Notes under the pieces: generated by a model
Told to the model about the DNA's origin: nothing
The model's input: only the letters and a program-made list of their open reading frames with translations
The model's database searches: none
Assembly (NCBI GenBank): GCA_013265495.1
Contig: MU057711.1
Location: 1,798,001-1,862,000, forward strand
Direction: 5' to 3'
Origin: Vicugna vicugna
Lineage: Eukaryota
Length of the DNA: 64,000 nt
Part shown: positions 12,411 through 23,850 of the stretch, piece after piece
How positions within the stretch are numbered: position 1 is the first letter of the stretch
Layout: the number at the start of each line of letters is the position of its first letter
Program-made: the position numbers and the translations under genes

Positions 12411-14726
12411 ACAGCAACAGATCAGATCCACAGAAACCAACACCCAGGGTCAGAGACAAACCCTCTGATCGGGCTGTCAACTCAGAAGTCTCAGGAGAGT
12501 GAGGAAGGCAGAATCAGGCTGGTTATTATAGAACTGGACCTCGGTCAGCTGCTCCAAGCATGCAGGCCAGGCTCGGGCCATTTTCAGAGACCCTGACAGG
12601 AAGCGTCCCACCACGGTGCCAGCTGGAGGGCAGGGAGTGATGGTGGGGTAGGGATGGGGGGCTCTCTCCTGTGTCTCCTGCTGCTTGTTTTTCTCCCAAA
12701 TGAGGACTATACAAAAGAAGGACTCAGGCTGCTAGGGTTTCCCAGCCGCCCAGGCTCCAGATGGGGGCTCGCAGAGGGCAAACCGACACCTCACTGGCTG
12801 CAGACAGAAAGTGCGAATCAAGGTCAAATCTTTATAAACCTCAGACTAACCAACCTCCCAACAGCCCCGAATCCTGCCTGCATCTGCATTCTGCTAAAGC
12901 ACTCCATAGCATCTCTATACCCTCCCAGGCCCAGACCCCTATAGCCCGTCTGATTTACACGGAGAGCACCAACCCTCATATTTAGCACTCCACTGGCAAG
13001 ATTCCCAGCCAAGAATTCTATTTAAAAAATGCAGTATTTATCAACATCCCTACCCAACAATAGGCTGACAAAATATTAATTTGTGCATCCATTCAGTTCT
13101 CAACCAGTAAATTGGAGAATGAACTGAAACACCAAACTCAGTCTCGCTAATCTTGACACGTCCACCGAAAATAGCACCAAACTTTTATACTGCACTCACT
13201 TCCTGGGAAATAAACATATCAATTGTCTTTGTAAGCCTCTATAGTATTTTGTCAATATTATTTTTTATTACAGCAGAGAACATATAAATATTTTATTATA
13301 AACCAAAGGCCTAAAATAAACAGTTTAGTAAATAGTTATTACATTACAAGGAAAAACATCTGTGGAAACTGCTTTCCATGTAATTATTCTTGCTATTTTA
13401 CATTAGCGCTCAACGTGAATTTCTTTGGCACTAATGTTTCACTTGTTCTAAATCTTCCTCCTTGTTGCTATTATTAAAATCTTAAAAAGGTGCCAAATCT
13501 TAAATGATGAAAAAAAAAATGATTCACTAGAAATTATTCATATCACAGTGAGCCGCTACTAAACCTGGCAGGGGTGCAGTATTTTCGGCGAAATTAACAT
13601 AAAATATACAACTGCAAATTATCCAGGAAATAGCTATGTTCTTTACGGCATGCTTTTACATTCGAGGGGGAAAAATACGTTCTCCTTCTCCATCTCTTCT
13701 CACAAAGCCACAAACAGCTCCATTTCGGCAAGTTTTAAAGGGAAAGTAATAGATTTGTCAAAGGAGTGCTGGCTTTGAGAACAGACTAGCAAGTAGCTCA
13801 TGGGTGGATCAGCCTTAGGTAATTACTAGAGACAACATCAGAAATGTAGAGAAGGCAAGAAAAACAGCCCGCAGCTTTCTTTCCCCTCGATTCCAGAGAA
13901 TGGATTTCCTCTCACAGGCCTCGGCTCTTTCTCCTAAACACAAGAAAAACTGTAACACCATGGAAAATGCAAATCTCGCTGTAAATATTTTATAAAATTG
14001 TTGCATACATCCCAAAAGCTATAGGTCTTAATTGAGAGCAGGCGATTTTTCTAGTCAATATATGGAAATGGAAAATGCTAATTTGTGTTTTTCTACTTAT
14101 GAAAAACCCTGGAGAACAGCAAGCACAAATGCACTCACTTTAATATTATAAATATAATTTGGCTCCCTCTTTACCATCCCCACAGCCCTGGCTTTTATCT
14201 CCCCGTGGCTGCAGGAGGAGAGATGGAGAATCACTTTCACAGCATCAGCCTGGGAAGGCAGCCTCGGATGATGGCGGGACGGAGGGGGACTTCAGGCACA
14301 GAGCTGTATGCCCCCTCCCCCGCCATCTGCACCCCCTGGGAACTGGCAGGTGGGGGCCCCAAGCCAGGAGGCACTGCCCGGCATTCTGTTCCTCCAAGGG
14401 CTAGAAGCAAGAATGAAGGCAGGAGCTTCGGCCATGTGGCTCCTCTCTCCCCTGCTGGGCCTGCCCGGGCCTCAAGCTCCATCTGACCACCTCAGAGCTC
14501 CTTCTGGGCAGGGAAAGAATGCTCTGAGCACCACCCCTGGAGCTGCCGTGATGAACAGGAGCAGCTGGCAAGATGGCTGGAGTGCTCCAAGTTGCGAATG
14601 CCTGTTCCCAAACTTCAAAGGAAGGTTAAGGGCCCCCAGAGCCAGTCACTCCCTGCTCCCTCATGCGCCCCCAGCCTAGACCTCACGTGCACATCCCCCA
14701 GGAATGCTGGGCTCTCCTACCTAGAG

Positions 14727-15040
14727 CTGCCCTGTCCGCTATGGCAGCCACTGGCCACTCGTGGCTACTGAGCACTTGCAGTGTGGCTGGTCCACACTGA
14801 GACGTGCTGTCAGTGCAAAACAGACACCAGATTCTGAAGGCTAGTATGAAAAAAAGAGCATAGAACATTCTCACTGATAACTTTTTAAGATGACTTTATG
14901 GTACAATCGTAATATTTTGGATATATTGTATTAACTAAAAATATTTTACTCCATCCGTTTCCTTTTCCTTTTTTTCACCACGGTTAGTAGCGTTTAAAAT
15001 GTACACTCGTAGCTTGTGTCTTATTTCCCTTGGACGGCCA
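14727..15040 (-). mobile_element. MER33 (hAT-Charlie) DNA transposon
   Basis: ctgccctgtcc...agccactggccactcgtggctactgagcacttg...aatattttggatatattg...ttggacggc matches the recalled MER33 reverse complement. Confidence 0.8.
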
Positions 15041-15589
15041 GCTCTACAGAACGCCCTGGCTTGCTGCGTGTGAGCCTGTGTTGTGCTCACGCGCGTGAGC
15101 GGCTCTCTTACACACCAGGCAAGTAGGAGGTCCCCCAGCTTTATGATCCTAGAGCTCTACAGAGTCTGGGATGCTGTGATTCCATAAACCTGTATGTCTA
15201 CAGTTCTAAGAAAGCACTGTGATGCTAAGAGATTCTATTACTATTGCTTCCCAGCATTTAACAAAGGCTTCACAATGACAATCCTCTGGCCAAGGTCTCA
15301 CTCAGCCCTCAATCAGAAAGAGCTCAAATATTCTGCGATCACAGCCCCCTTCCCCCAACCCTCATGAGCCCAAATATAGCTCAGCCCTCCTTACTTCACG
15401 CCCCCAGGAGCCTCCCCAATGTCTCCTGCCCTCCCCGACTCTCTCTGCCCAGAATGCAGAACAGGTCCTTTTGGGAGAACCTGTCAATCACGCACAGCCT
15501 TTACCCGTGTGCTATCCTCCTCCTGGAAACCGTTCCTCGACTTTTCCTCAAATTTGTGCATGTGAAGAAAACAGCTAGGAAGCAGAGAA

Positions 15590-15800
15590 GGGTGCACAGT
15601 TAGAGTTAAGTAGCTGGAGGTAACTCCAGGCTGTGCCCCTTCCCAGCCGTGAAAGCCCTAATACACAGTTGAATGTCTCCTAGTCTCAGTTTCCTAATCT
15701 GTCAAATAGGAACAATATACTTACTTTATAAATTTGGAGAGGAAAAGTTGAAATAATGCACATTCCACAAAGAGGGCGCAGCTGCTCAGAGTGCCCAAGG
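15590..15800 (+). mobile_element. MIR SINE
   Basis: Core tctcagtttcctaatctgtcaaatagg. Confidence 0.6.
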
Positions 15801-16039
15801 AGAGGAAATAGTCCTGTGTGGTTAGAGCAGGGTGAGCAGGAGGAGGGGGAAGAGGAGGTCGTGAGGCGGGCAGGGCCTCACAGGCGGGCAGGGTGGGCAG
15901 GTAGCTCAGTACCACCACCCTGGAGAACTGACTGTATCCACTCCAACTGAGCACTTTCCTACCCACGAGCCAGAGATTCCAGAACCTCCTGGAAAGCAAA
16001 GGCATGCATGCACAGGACCATAGAAACCCCCCTCCGCAG

Positions 16040-16460
16040 ATAAGACCTGTCCGCAATGGCCTTAGCAGCACCATTCATAACCGCCCCAACCCAGGAATAA
16101 CCCAAACACCCAGCATCAGTAGGATGCACAGCAAATTGGGATACATTCATACAGGGGCTATAACACAGCAATACAAAGGCACAAACCCCTGACACAGAGA
16201 GGGATGAAGCTCACATACGTCACAGTGAACAGAAGCCAGACACAACTCCACGCTGTAGGATCCTGTTGACATGAGTTCTGAAACAGGACCAACTACCCTC
16301 TGGTGGTAGAGGAGGAGTGTCCTGGGGAAACTGGTGGGGGGCAAGGAACGGGCTACCTGTGGATGTGGGTGCTGGTGAGGCAGGGACCCAGATGGAAAAG
16401 TGCATCACGCAATACACAGAACGTTTGTGCCCTTGACTGTATGTGAGACCTCAGTCAAAA
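16040..16460 (+). mobile_element. L1ME-like 3' fragment
   Basis: tagcagcaccattcataaccgccccaa...acccaaac...atacattcataca...gaagccagacaca. Confidence 0.7.
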
Positions 16461-17344
16461 GAGGGCAAGAGGGACAGAACTCCCCAAGGTGTACAGGCAT
16501 CAAAGGGCCCTCCCGTGGGGTGGCGCCTGCACCAGCCCCACGTCACGTACTCCCTCTCCATGAGGACACAATGAGTTCATGCAGGAAGACAGCCCAAAAG
16601 CCAAGCCAGAAGAACCAAGAGCCCCCAGAACAACCTCAGGTTTCTAAGATCTAGGTCAGACAGACAAAATTCTGGGCAACTCCTCAGCCTCAGTCCTCCA
16701 AGCCGAGAAGGGATGCCATGGACCCCCAAGGCCGTGGAGACCAGGCCAGGCCGTTCCGAGGCCCAACAGGCCACCGTGAGCTGAGGCCCCCTCCCTCTCT
16801 GGGAGCAGGAAGAAGGGAGCCGGCCGACGTTTATTACCCGCTGGCAGCGAGATTGACTGCAGGCCTCCTCTGCCCACACTGAGCCATTAGCTCGTAATGG
16901 CCCCGAAGGTTCCCTCAGCCACAGACCCAGGCCCGAGATCGCCGGCTCCAACACCAAAGATACTAATGACTACCACATTGCCGAAATAAATCATCATCAC
17001 TCAGAAGGGGCTCCGGCCGGGCCAGCAGCTTCCAAACTTCATTTCACGAATTTCCCCTTAATACTCAGCTGCCTTGGTGAGGAGGTTCTCGGGTGAACGC
17101 ATCATCAGCGAATTTCTCTGATATGGTGTTTATAGAGGAAGGGAGGAAAGAAGGGAAAGAGGGGAATATTAATCTATGCAACACTGCAGGATTCTGCATC
17201 AGTGGGAATTTGGAGACTGGAACAAAACCCCCATTTGAAATTCCCACAGGAGTTCGACTGTCCAGAGCTGGCAGCCAGAAGTGCCCATGGAAGGCAGCTA
17301 GAAAGTATGTTCCAGGGAACACTGCTCCCTGTAGACAGGTGCAA

Positions 17345-17775
17345 TTTGGCATGGTGTTTAAGCACATGGAGTCTGTAGCCAGACTGCCTGGGTCCTGACC
17401 CTGGCTCTGACTCTTGCTGTCTGAATCAGAGTAGCCTTAGGCAGGCTACTTCGCCTCTGTGTTCCTTAGTTTCCCCATCTATAAAGTGGGCGGATATGGG
17501 GGATTCTCTTCCCCAAAGTTCTGGATTACTGCTACTGTCAGGTGATGGCTGACATGACCTCTGGTAGGGCTGCCATGCAGGTCACAATATGAATGGTGTT
17601 CTCTAGAGTGGTTCAGTATACAACCTGCACAACCATACCCTGCAGACCTGAGTCCTGTGGGGTTCCTGCCACTCAAAGAATCCCTCTGGGGTCTGATGTG
17701 AGAATTAAGTGGGACAGTCGATGTAAAGTGCTTAGAGTAGGGCCTGGCACGCCAGTAAGTGCTACATAGTTGTTT
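17345..17775 (+). mobile_element. MIR SINE interrupted by a MER91-like fragment (~17565-17650)
   Basis: 5' part ggagtctgtagccagactgcctgggt...gtttccccatctataaagtggg and 3' part gtgagaattaagtggga...atgtaaagtgcttagagtagggcctggcac flank caacctgcacaacc. Confidence 0.65.
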
Positions 17776-19738
17776 GTGATCACTATCACCACTGCAATTA
17801 TCATCATGATAAAACTCTGAAAGTCCTACCAGAAGGACACCTGGTTAACTTCACGACATGCTCACTGACTCCAATTAAGTCATGTTGTGGCTGGAGTGGG
17901 GTTCCTGGAAGGGGAAATTTCTTGCTCAAGGTCAAAAAGCACATGAGGGGAAAACAGACTGGAATCTAGGCCTCCTATCTCCCAGGCTGTAGGTCACTCC
18001 CATAAAAGGCACTCACCCCACAGCCTCCAAAGGCAAGACACTCTACAAACATCAGTAATGCAGGGGTCTGTCCAGGGCATCTGTAAGCAGGCCTCTGAGT
18101 CCCAGGGAGAGCTCCAGGCTTCCCTCTCTGGGTCCTGCTGCCCCATGTCCATGCACAGGCCTGGGGACTTAAAGGTGACACTCAGGAACACAGAAGCAGC
18201 TGGAGAGCATCCTCCCAGCCTCACTGCCTTCTTGGAAGAGGAAGGAGACAGCTATCTTTCCTCAAGGCTCCTGGGGCTCCCCTCTTCTTCCTGCCCTCTT
18301 CGTCCTTGGTATCCCCTCCCCTGGCACTCAACCCATCTCTCTTCTCTCTGGCTACTCTGAAGTTCTCATTCTACAAACCTTAGCTTTGGTCATCAAGTCT
18401 AGTTCTAGCTTTGAATAAACTCTGCTCCTGGAAATGGGTCTTATACGCGGTGCTCAGTTATTATGTGGTGGTGGGGGGTGGCATTTCCAGGCCATAATCT
18501 ATCCCAGCCTTGTCTCTCCCAGCTTCCCGTACTAGACTAGAGATGCTCTATTCTCAATCTTACTCCCCAGAGGCCTCAGAAACAATAGAGAGCAGAGCTA
18601 GAGTTCAGTTCATCACTGCCTCTGCCAGACAGTCCTCCCTGACTTCTCCAGGCCGCTTGTTTCAGTCCTCCTTGAACACTATTCTCTCTGATGAGTAATT
18701 CCACCAGTCTGCACATCACCGAACTGCCCTCACCCTTATCCCACTTCCAGGTCTTTGAACACAGGGCCTGATCAGGACTTGTTCATCTTCCCCCCTCCCC
18801 CTGGCACGGAGTACAGCACTGGGCACTGGGAGGTTATCATAATAGAAGATGCCCAGATCCTTGGCAACCCAGGCTGGGGTTTTGGGGTGAGGGGGGTGGC
18901 TGTCAAGAGGGGTTGTGCAGGCCCACGATGCTGGTCTGCAGGCCACAGCCAGCCCAGTGAGGCTCAGGTGGGTGCCAGTCTCAGCACAACCTTCCACTTC
19001 ACCTAACAGGGGAGCAGAAGCAAAACCTGGCAGCCCCACCCAAGTGCCACCTGCCCAGGAAAACCAGGCCCCACGCAGAAGTCTCCACAGTCTGGGCTTG
19101 GACCAAATTCCTTCTCAGCGGCCGTGCCTTTCCAGCATCCAGGAATTGCTCCTGCCGATTCAAAACCAGGTCAGAGAAAACCGTCTCTCGTTTCCGGCAG
19201 GGGTGAGCGTTCCTCCCGGGGAAGGGCTCCGCAAAAGTCTCCAAACCGAGCACGAGAGACAAGTGGGAACCAAGCCTCATTCCCTCGGTGGCCCCGCGGC
19301 TGCCAAAATTACTGACAAACTGACCTACAAAGAGAGTTTCTATTTTATGAGCAAACCCCAAAGGTTAACAGCAGAGCCGCCGGCGGGCGATCCGCACGGA
19401 GGAGCGGAAGCTTCCCCAGCAGCACCCGCGTGGAGCCCGGGCACCTCAGCTTCTCGGAGAAACGTGTCTCTGAAATGCCAAGGAGAAAGGGAGGAGAGAA
19501 GGGGGAGCTTCCAGAGCCCTGACTGGAGGGAAGAATCTGGATGTGAGGACACCAACCCATCACCAAGTGGCCTCTCTGTCCCAAAGGTGTGGGTCACTGC
19601 CACTGTTAAGAGCTTGCTGGAGAGACCTCTGGCAGGGCAGATGTCTCCGAGAGTTGTGCAGTATGCAACCTGCACAACAATACCCTGCAAAACTGAGTCC
19701 TGTGAGGCTCCTGCCCCTCAAAGCATCTTGTCCCTATA

Positions 19739-19904
19739 TAGTGCTGGTTTCGTGGACATGTGACCTGTGCAGTAGCACAGGAGCCTGTATCTAGAAGGGC
19801 CTTACACTTGGTTTGATACTCTGCTGTTTTGCTGTCTTGAAATTCTTCATTTTCTAACACAGGGCCCTGCATTTTCATTTTGCACAAGTTATGTAGCTGG
19901 TCCT
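19739..19904 (+). mobile_element. MER45A-like (hAT-Tip100); MER91-like piece just upstream (~19645-19695)
   Basis: gtgacctgtgcagt...agaagggcc...gtcttgaaattctt...gggccctgcattttcattttgcac...ttatgtagctggtcct. Confidence 0.75.
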
Positions 19905-22767
19905 CCTTCCATGTTTGAGAGCACCAGGGCCGTGCCAACAGTATGGACACGGAGAGAAGGGATGGGCAACTATGCAGTGAATTCATCACTAAGTAATTGA
20001 TACCAGAATGTAAGAATGTATCCAGCCTCCATCGTTCCTCACCTTGCAAGTCGTCCGGATGTGGGCTCTACCTCTGAGGTTTGCCAGGAGCAGGGGCAGG
20101 GCGAGAGGAGCCCTGGGGATGGGCACGGGCAGAGGGAGGCCAGAAATCTCCAAGGTGTGTGCCCTAATGCAGGAAGAAGCTTTTGATAGCAAGGAACCCA
20201 TTTGAGACTAAAGGCCCTTGGGTTATTTCATATTATACTGATGTCTGAGCTGCAAGAAAATCTCCTGGATTTTGGCAGAGGGTAAGTAACAAAAAGCAGG
20301 TCAGAGAATACATGCAGGCAGACCGGAAACAGGGCTGCCAACGGCACCTACTGTCTGGGCAGCCAGGTCCCTCACTGCTGACCCTCAACCCAGTCTTGAA
20401 GCACCAGTTGTCACTGACATCTCATCAGATCTGCCAGCAACTTGAGACAGAGCGTCTGTCCCAACTAGAAGACAAGCCCAAAGTTCCCTGAGGTCTGGAG
20501 AATCACCCAACATCACCCAGGAGACCAGGCCTGACACACAGCTCTCCTACCTCCGGTAATGATGTGAAGTGTGAGGACACAGGCCCGGGCAGGGTCTCAG
20601 AGTCTCTGACTTTCCCAGGGAAATCTCACGGGAAACCCCAACTTACACAGCAGAACAGAGCAGAGCTGCTCCCAACACCCACATCCCACCCTCTGTGCCT
20701 GCCCCACTCAGGAGGCCCTCAGCATCACCACGGAAAGCCAGGGTTGCTCAGTTCTCAACTGTAGTTTGAGAACCAGTGATCTAGTGGCCTCATTTCTAGT
20801 CTCCATCAATACTAAACACCCACCTCCCTCAGAGAGTTCCTAAATCTCACTCCCTTTCTGCCTCCATATGAGGGGCATCCTGGGTTTCTGTAGGTGCTCG
20901 GCATCTTGATCACGGTCTGCAGCCCTCTGGTCCTGCAATTTGAGATTATCCTCCCATCCTCAAGCCTCAGAATGAAGCTCAGCTATTCCCCTGTGTCTGA
21001 CGCCAGCACCAACGAGCACCGTGCATCCAGCCCATTGCTGGGTGCCCAGGACCACTGCACTAACTGGTTTGAGCAAAGCAGGATCCTCTCCCCACTACTA
21101 ACCCCCAGCTTCCTGAGAGGCAGGTCCTGGGGGGATAAAATCAGAGTATGAAAGAATGATGGAAAATAAAACAAACAGAACTCCTAGGGTGGAAGCAGAG
21201 ATGAAGCATTATTAGTTTCTCCCCAAATTATTGTTTTTACTTTGGATGCTGCCTGGCTTGATTTATGGTCCCCAGTACCCACAACAGCTCACTCCTCCCT
21301 CCCCGTGCCAAGAGAGTAGAGGGTTCCAGACACAGTCCTGGTCCTGGGTCTAAGCCACAGTCTCCCAAAGTCCCAGCTCCAGGATTGCCGCCAGGTTGGA
21401 CCCACCACCAGCAGATGTGGTATAGACCAGAATTTCCCAAACTTCTCTGATGATACAAATCCAGAGGATGGGGTGAGGGTGATTGTCAACTACACAGGCT
21501 TCCAGGCCCTTCCCCTGGAAATGCTTACTCAAGAGGCCAGTTTGGGGGGCTCCACCTGTTGAATGAACAAGGAGGGTCATGTATGTGAAGTACACACTCA
21601 GGGAGTATTTAAGAAATGGGAGGACAGATGGCACCTGGGTGTGCGCACTCCTGATTTGCATTCACCCCGGCTTCTGGCTACCTGTGTGACTTCAGGCCAG
21701 TGTCTGCCCCTCTCTGAGCCTCAGCTTCCTGATGAATAAAATAGGTCAAGTGGTCTGGAAGTTTCCAGCTTTGACCTCTTCATGGCTTCTGCAGAACAGC
21801 AAGACCCTCCCAGACATTTTTCCCTAACAAAGAGAGAACTTCATTTCGCCCTCCCGAAAGGCAACCAAGCCTGCCCCACCTCCTTCCACTCCCCAGAGCA
21901 GAGCCTCAGGCCCACTTGTGGAAGGGGCGGGTTGGGGGCTCAGATCCCCCTTCTGGAGAAGGAAGGTATCTTTAAATAAATGGGACTCCTGCTCAGCACC
22001 GAGCCTGGAAACCTGCGAGCTGGGCAAGGTGCCATCCTGCAGACTCTCACCCATTAGTAAATTGCCATTCTGCAAACAGTCATTGTCAAGGCCAGCCAAG
22101 TTGCCGGCGGAAGGCACTGCGGATGGGCAGTGGACGCCGAACTCGGGGCTGACTGACAAGTGTCAGCTTTCAGCTCACAGCTTAACACAAGCCGCTGGCT
22201 GTGAAACAAGGAGAGACGTGCTGAAGACAAAACCTTCAGAGCTGCCTCGCGCGGAAAATAGGAGGAGTGAAGCGCGGAGGCTCTGAAAGGTGTTTCCTCA
22301 ACCTCTACCTGGTAATGGGATGAGTAAGAGAAACACCAGCAGAAGGCTGAGCCTGTGTCATCACAACGGCTCAACAAACAGGAGCGGGGCTCTCAGTAAG
22401 GTCCGGGTGCCACTCTGAGCCAGGGAGAGAGGGAAAGGGCTGCTCTCACCGCTGCCACGCCTCCACTGTTGTCAGAGCACTGATAAAAAATGTCAGAGAA
22501 AACCAAGCAGCTGCTATGCAAGTTGTAAACAGAATAAAAACTGCAAAAGCATAAATATGAGAAAACTTCTTACGGGAAAAGTCCCGTCATTTGGGGGTCA
22601 GAATTAAAGCGATATAAAGGCCTCTTTTGGATTGTCTCCTGTGCAGCAAGAATGCACTGGCGATGCTCATCACAGCCATGTAACAGGGAAACAGCGGTGG
22701 GGGCACAGAAGCGGGGGATGTGGTCAGGAAGAAATGAGGCTTGGCCAAGGGAAGCTGGCTTAAGAGT

Positions 22768-22976
22768 AAGCAGTTTGGGATTAGCAGATACAAACTAGAA
22801 GAGATAAACAACAAGGTTCTACTGTAGAGCACAGGGAACTATATTCAATAGCTTGTGATAGCCTATAAAGAAAAAGAATACGAAAGGAATGTATATATGT
22901 GTAACTGAATCACTACACTGTACACCAGAAACTAACACAACCTTGTAAATCAACTATATTTCTATTTTAAAAAAAG
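22768..22976 (+). mobile_element. Young cetartiodactyl/camelid-type L1 3' end (5'-truncated)
   Basis: gtttgggattagcagatacaaacta...gcacagggaactatattcaata...ctgtacaccagaaactaacacaac..gtaaatcaactata plus an A tail. Confidence 0.85.
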
Positions 22977-23715
22977 AGCACAGAAGTAGCTCCCATCACG
23001 CACAGGCTAGGATCCAGGAAATACTTGCTGTGGGGTGGAGAGGAAGAGAATAGGAACAAATGGTGGCAACAAGCAGGGCTGATATGCAAATGTGTTAACC
23101 ACTAGTGCACAGGGGTCCCCACCAGCTGAATCATCCCAACCATCCCCAGTGTGGTGGCCCTAATCGTCCAGGAGTCATCCTCTTGCACACTAGATCAGGG
23201 AAGGGCTGGGGCTCCAGGCACAGAGGAGGATCTGTGGGCAGGGGGTTTAGGGCAGAAACTCTGTGCCAGCAGGTCAGGAACTATTTCAATATTTTAACCA
23301 ACAGTACACTGGTAATGGTGCATACCATGTAAATATCAACCAACCCTCCGCCAAGGGCCAGGACACAGATGCCCTAAGTTGCGTTACAACAGGGCGAGGG
23401 ATGTGTTCTAAGTGACTTTTATTCACCCATTCATTTGTTTTGAGGAGCAATGTCCCTGCCATCTCAAGAGAAGATTTCTCCAGCCTCCAAGTGGACAAAC
23501 AGAGATTGTGCAAATTCTGCAAAGGCCATCCGAGCCAGACCAGGGCCCAGACAGAGGGGTTCTGCAGGGGGAGAAGGCTGCCAACAGGACACCAGGACAA
23601 AAAGCTGACCTGCCCCAGGAGTGGGAGGCAGAGCAAGATATCTGAACCCAGATTCTGATCCTCATGCTGCAGACAGAAGCCCTCAAAAATGTTTCACAAT
23701 GAGACACTAAATCTT

Positions 23716-23850
23716 TGCGCGCGCGCGCGTGTGTGTGTGTGTAAAACAAATCTTGAGTGCACATGCTGAGACAGCTGAAGTTCTTTCAGGCAGGCAACGG
23801 CTGAGGGGTTTGTGTGTGTGTGTGTGTGTGTGTGCACGTGTGCGTGCATA
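23716..23850. repeat. (GC)6(GT)n and (TG)n alternating purine-pyrimidine tracts (Z-DNA-prone)
   Basis: tgcgcgcgcgcgcgtgtgtgtgtgtgta at 23716-23743 and (TG)n at 23811-23834. Confidence 0.9.

Noticed and set aside
11805..12412. His/Thr- or Cys/Val-rich ORFs (also near 38200-38740 and 49080-49460)
   Set aside because: Translations of CA/CCAT microsatellites.
18915..19763. 282-aa plus-strand ORF
   Set aside because: Non-ATG start, P/S/A-rich, no domain, runs into DNA-transposon fragments; expected by chance in GC-rich DNA.
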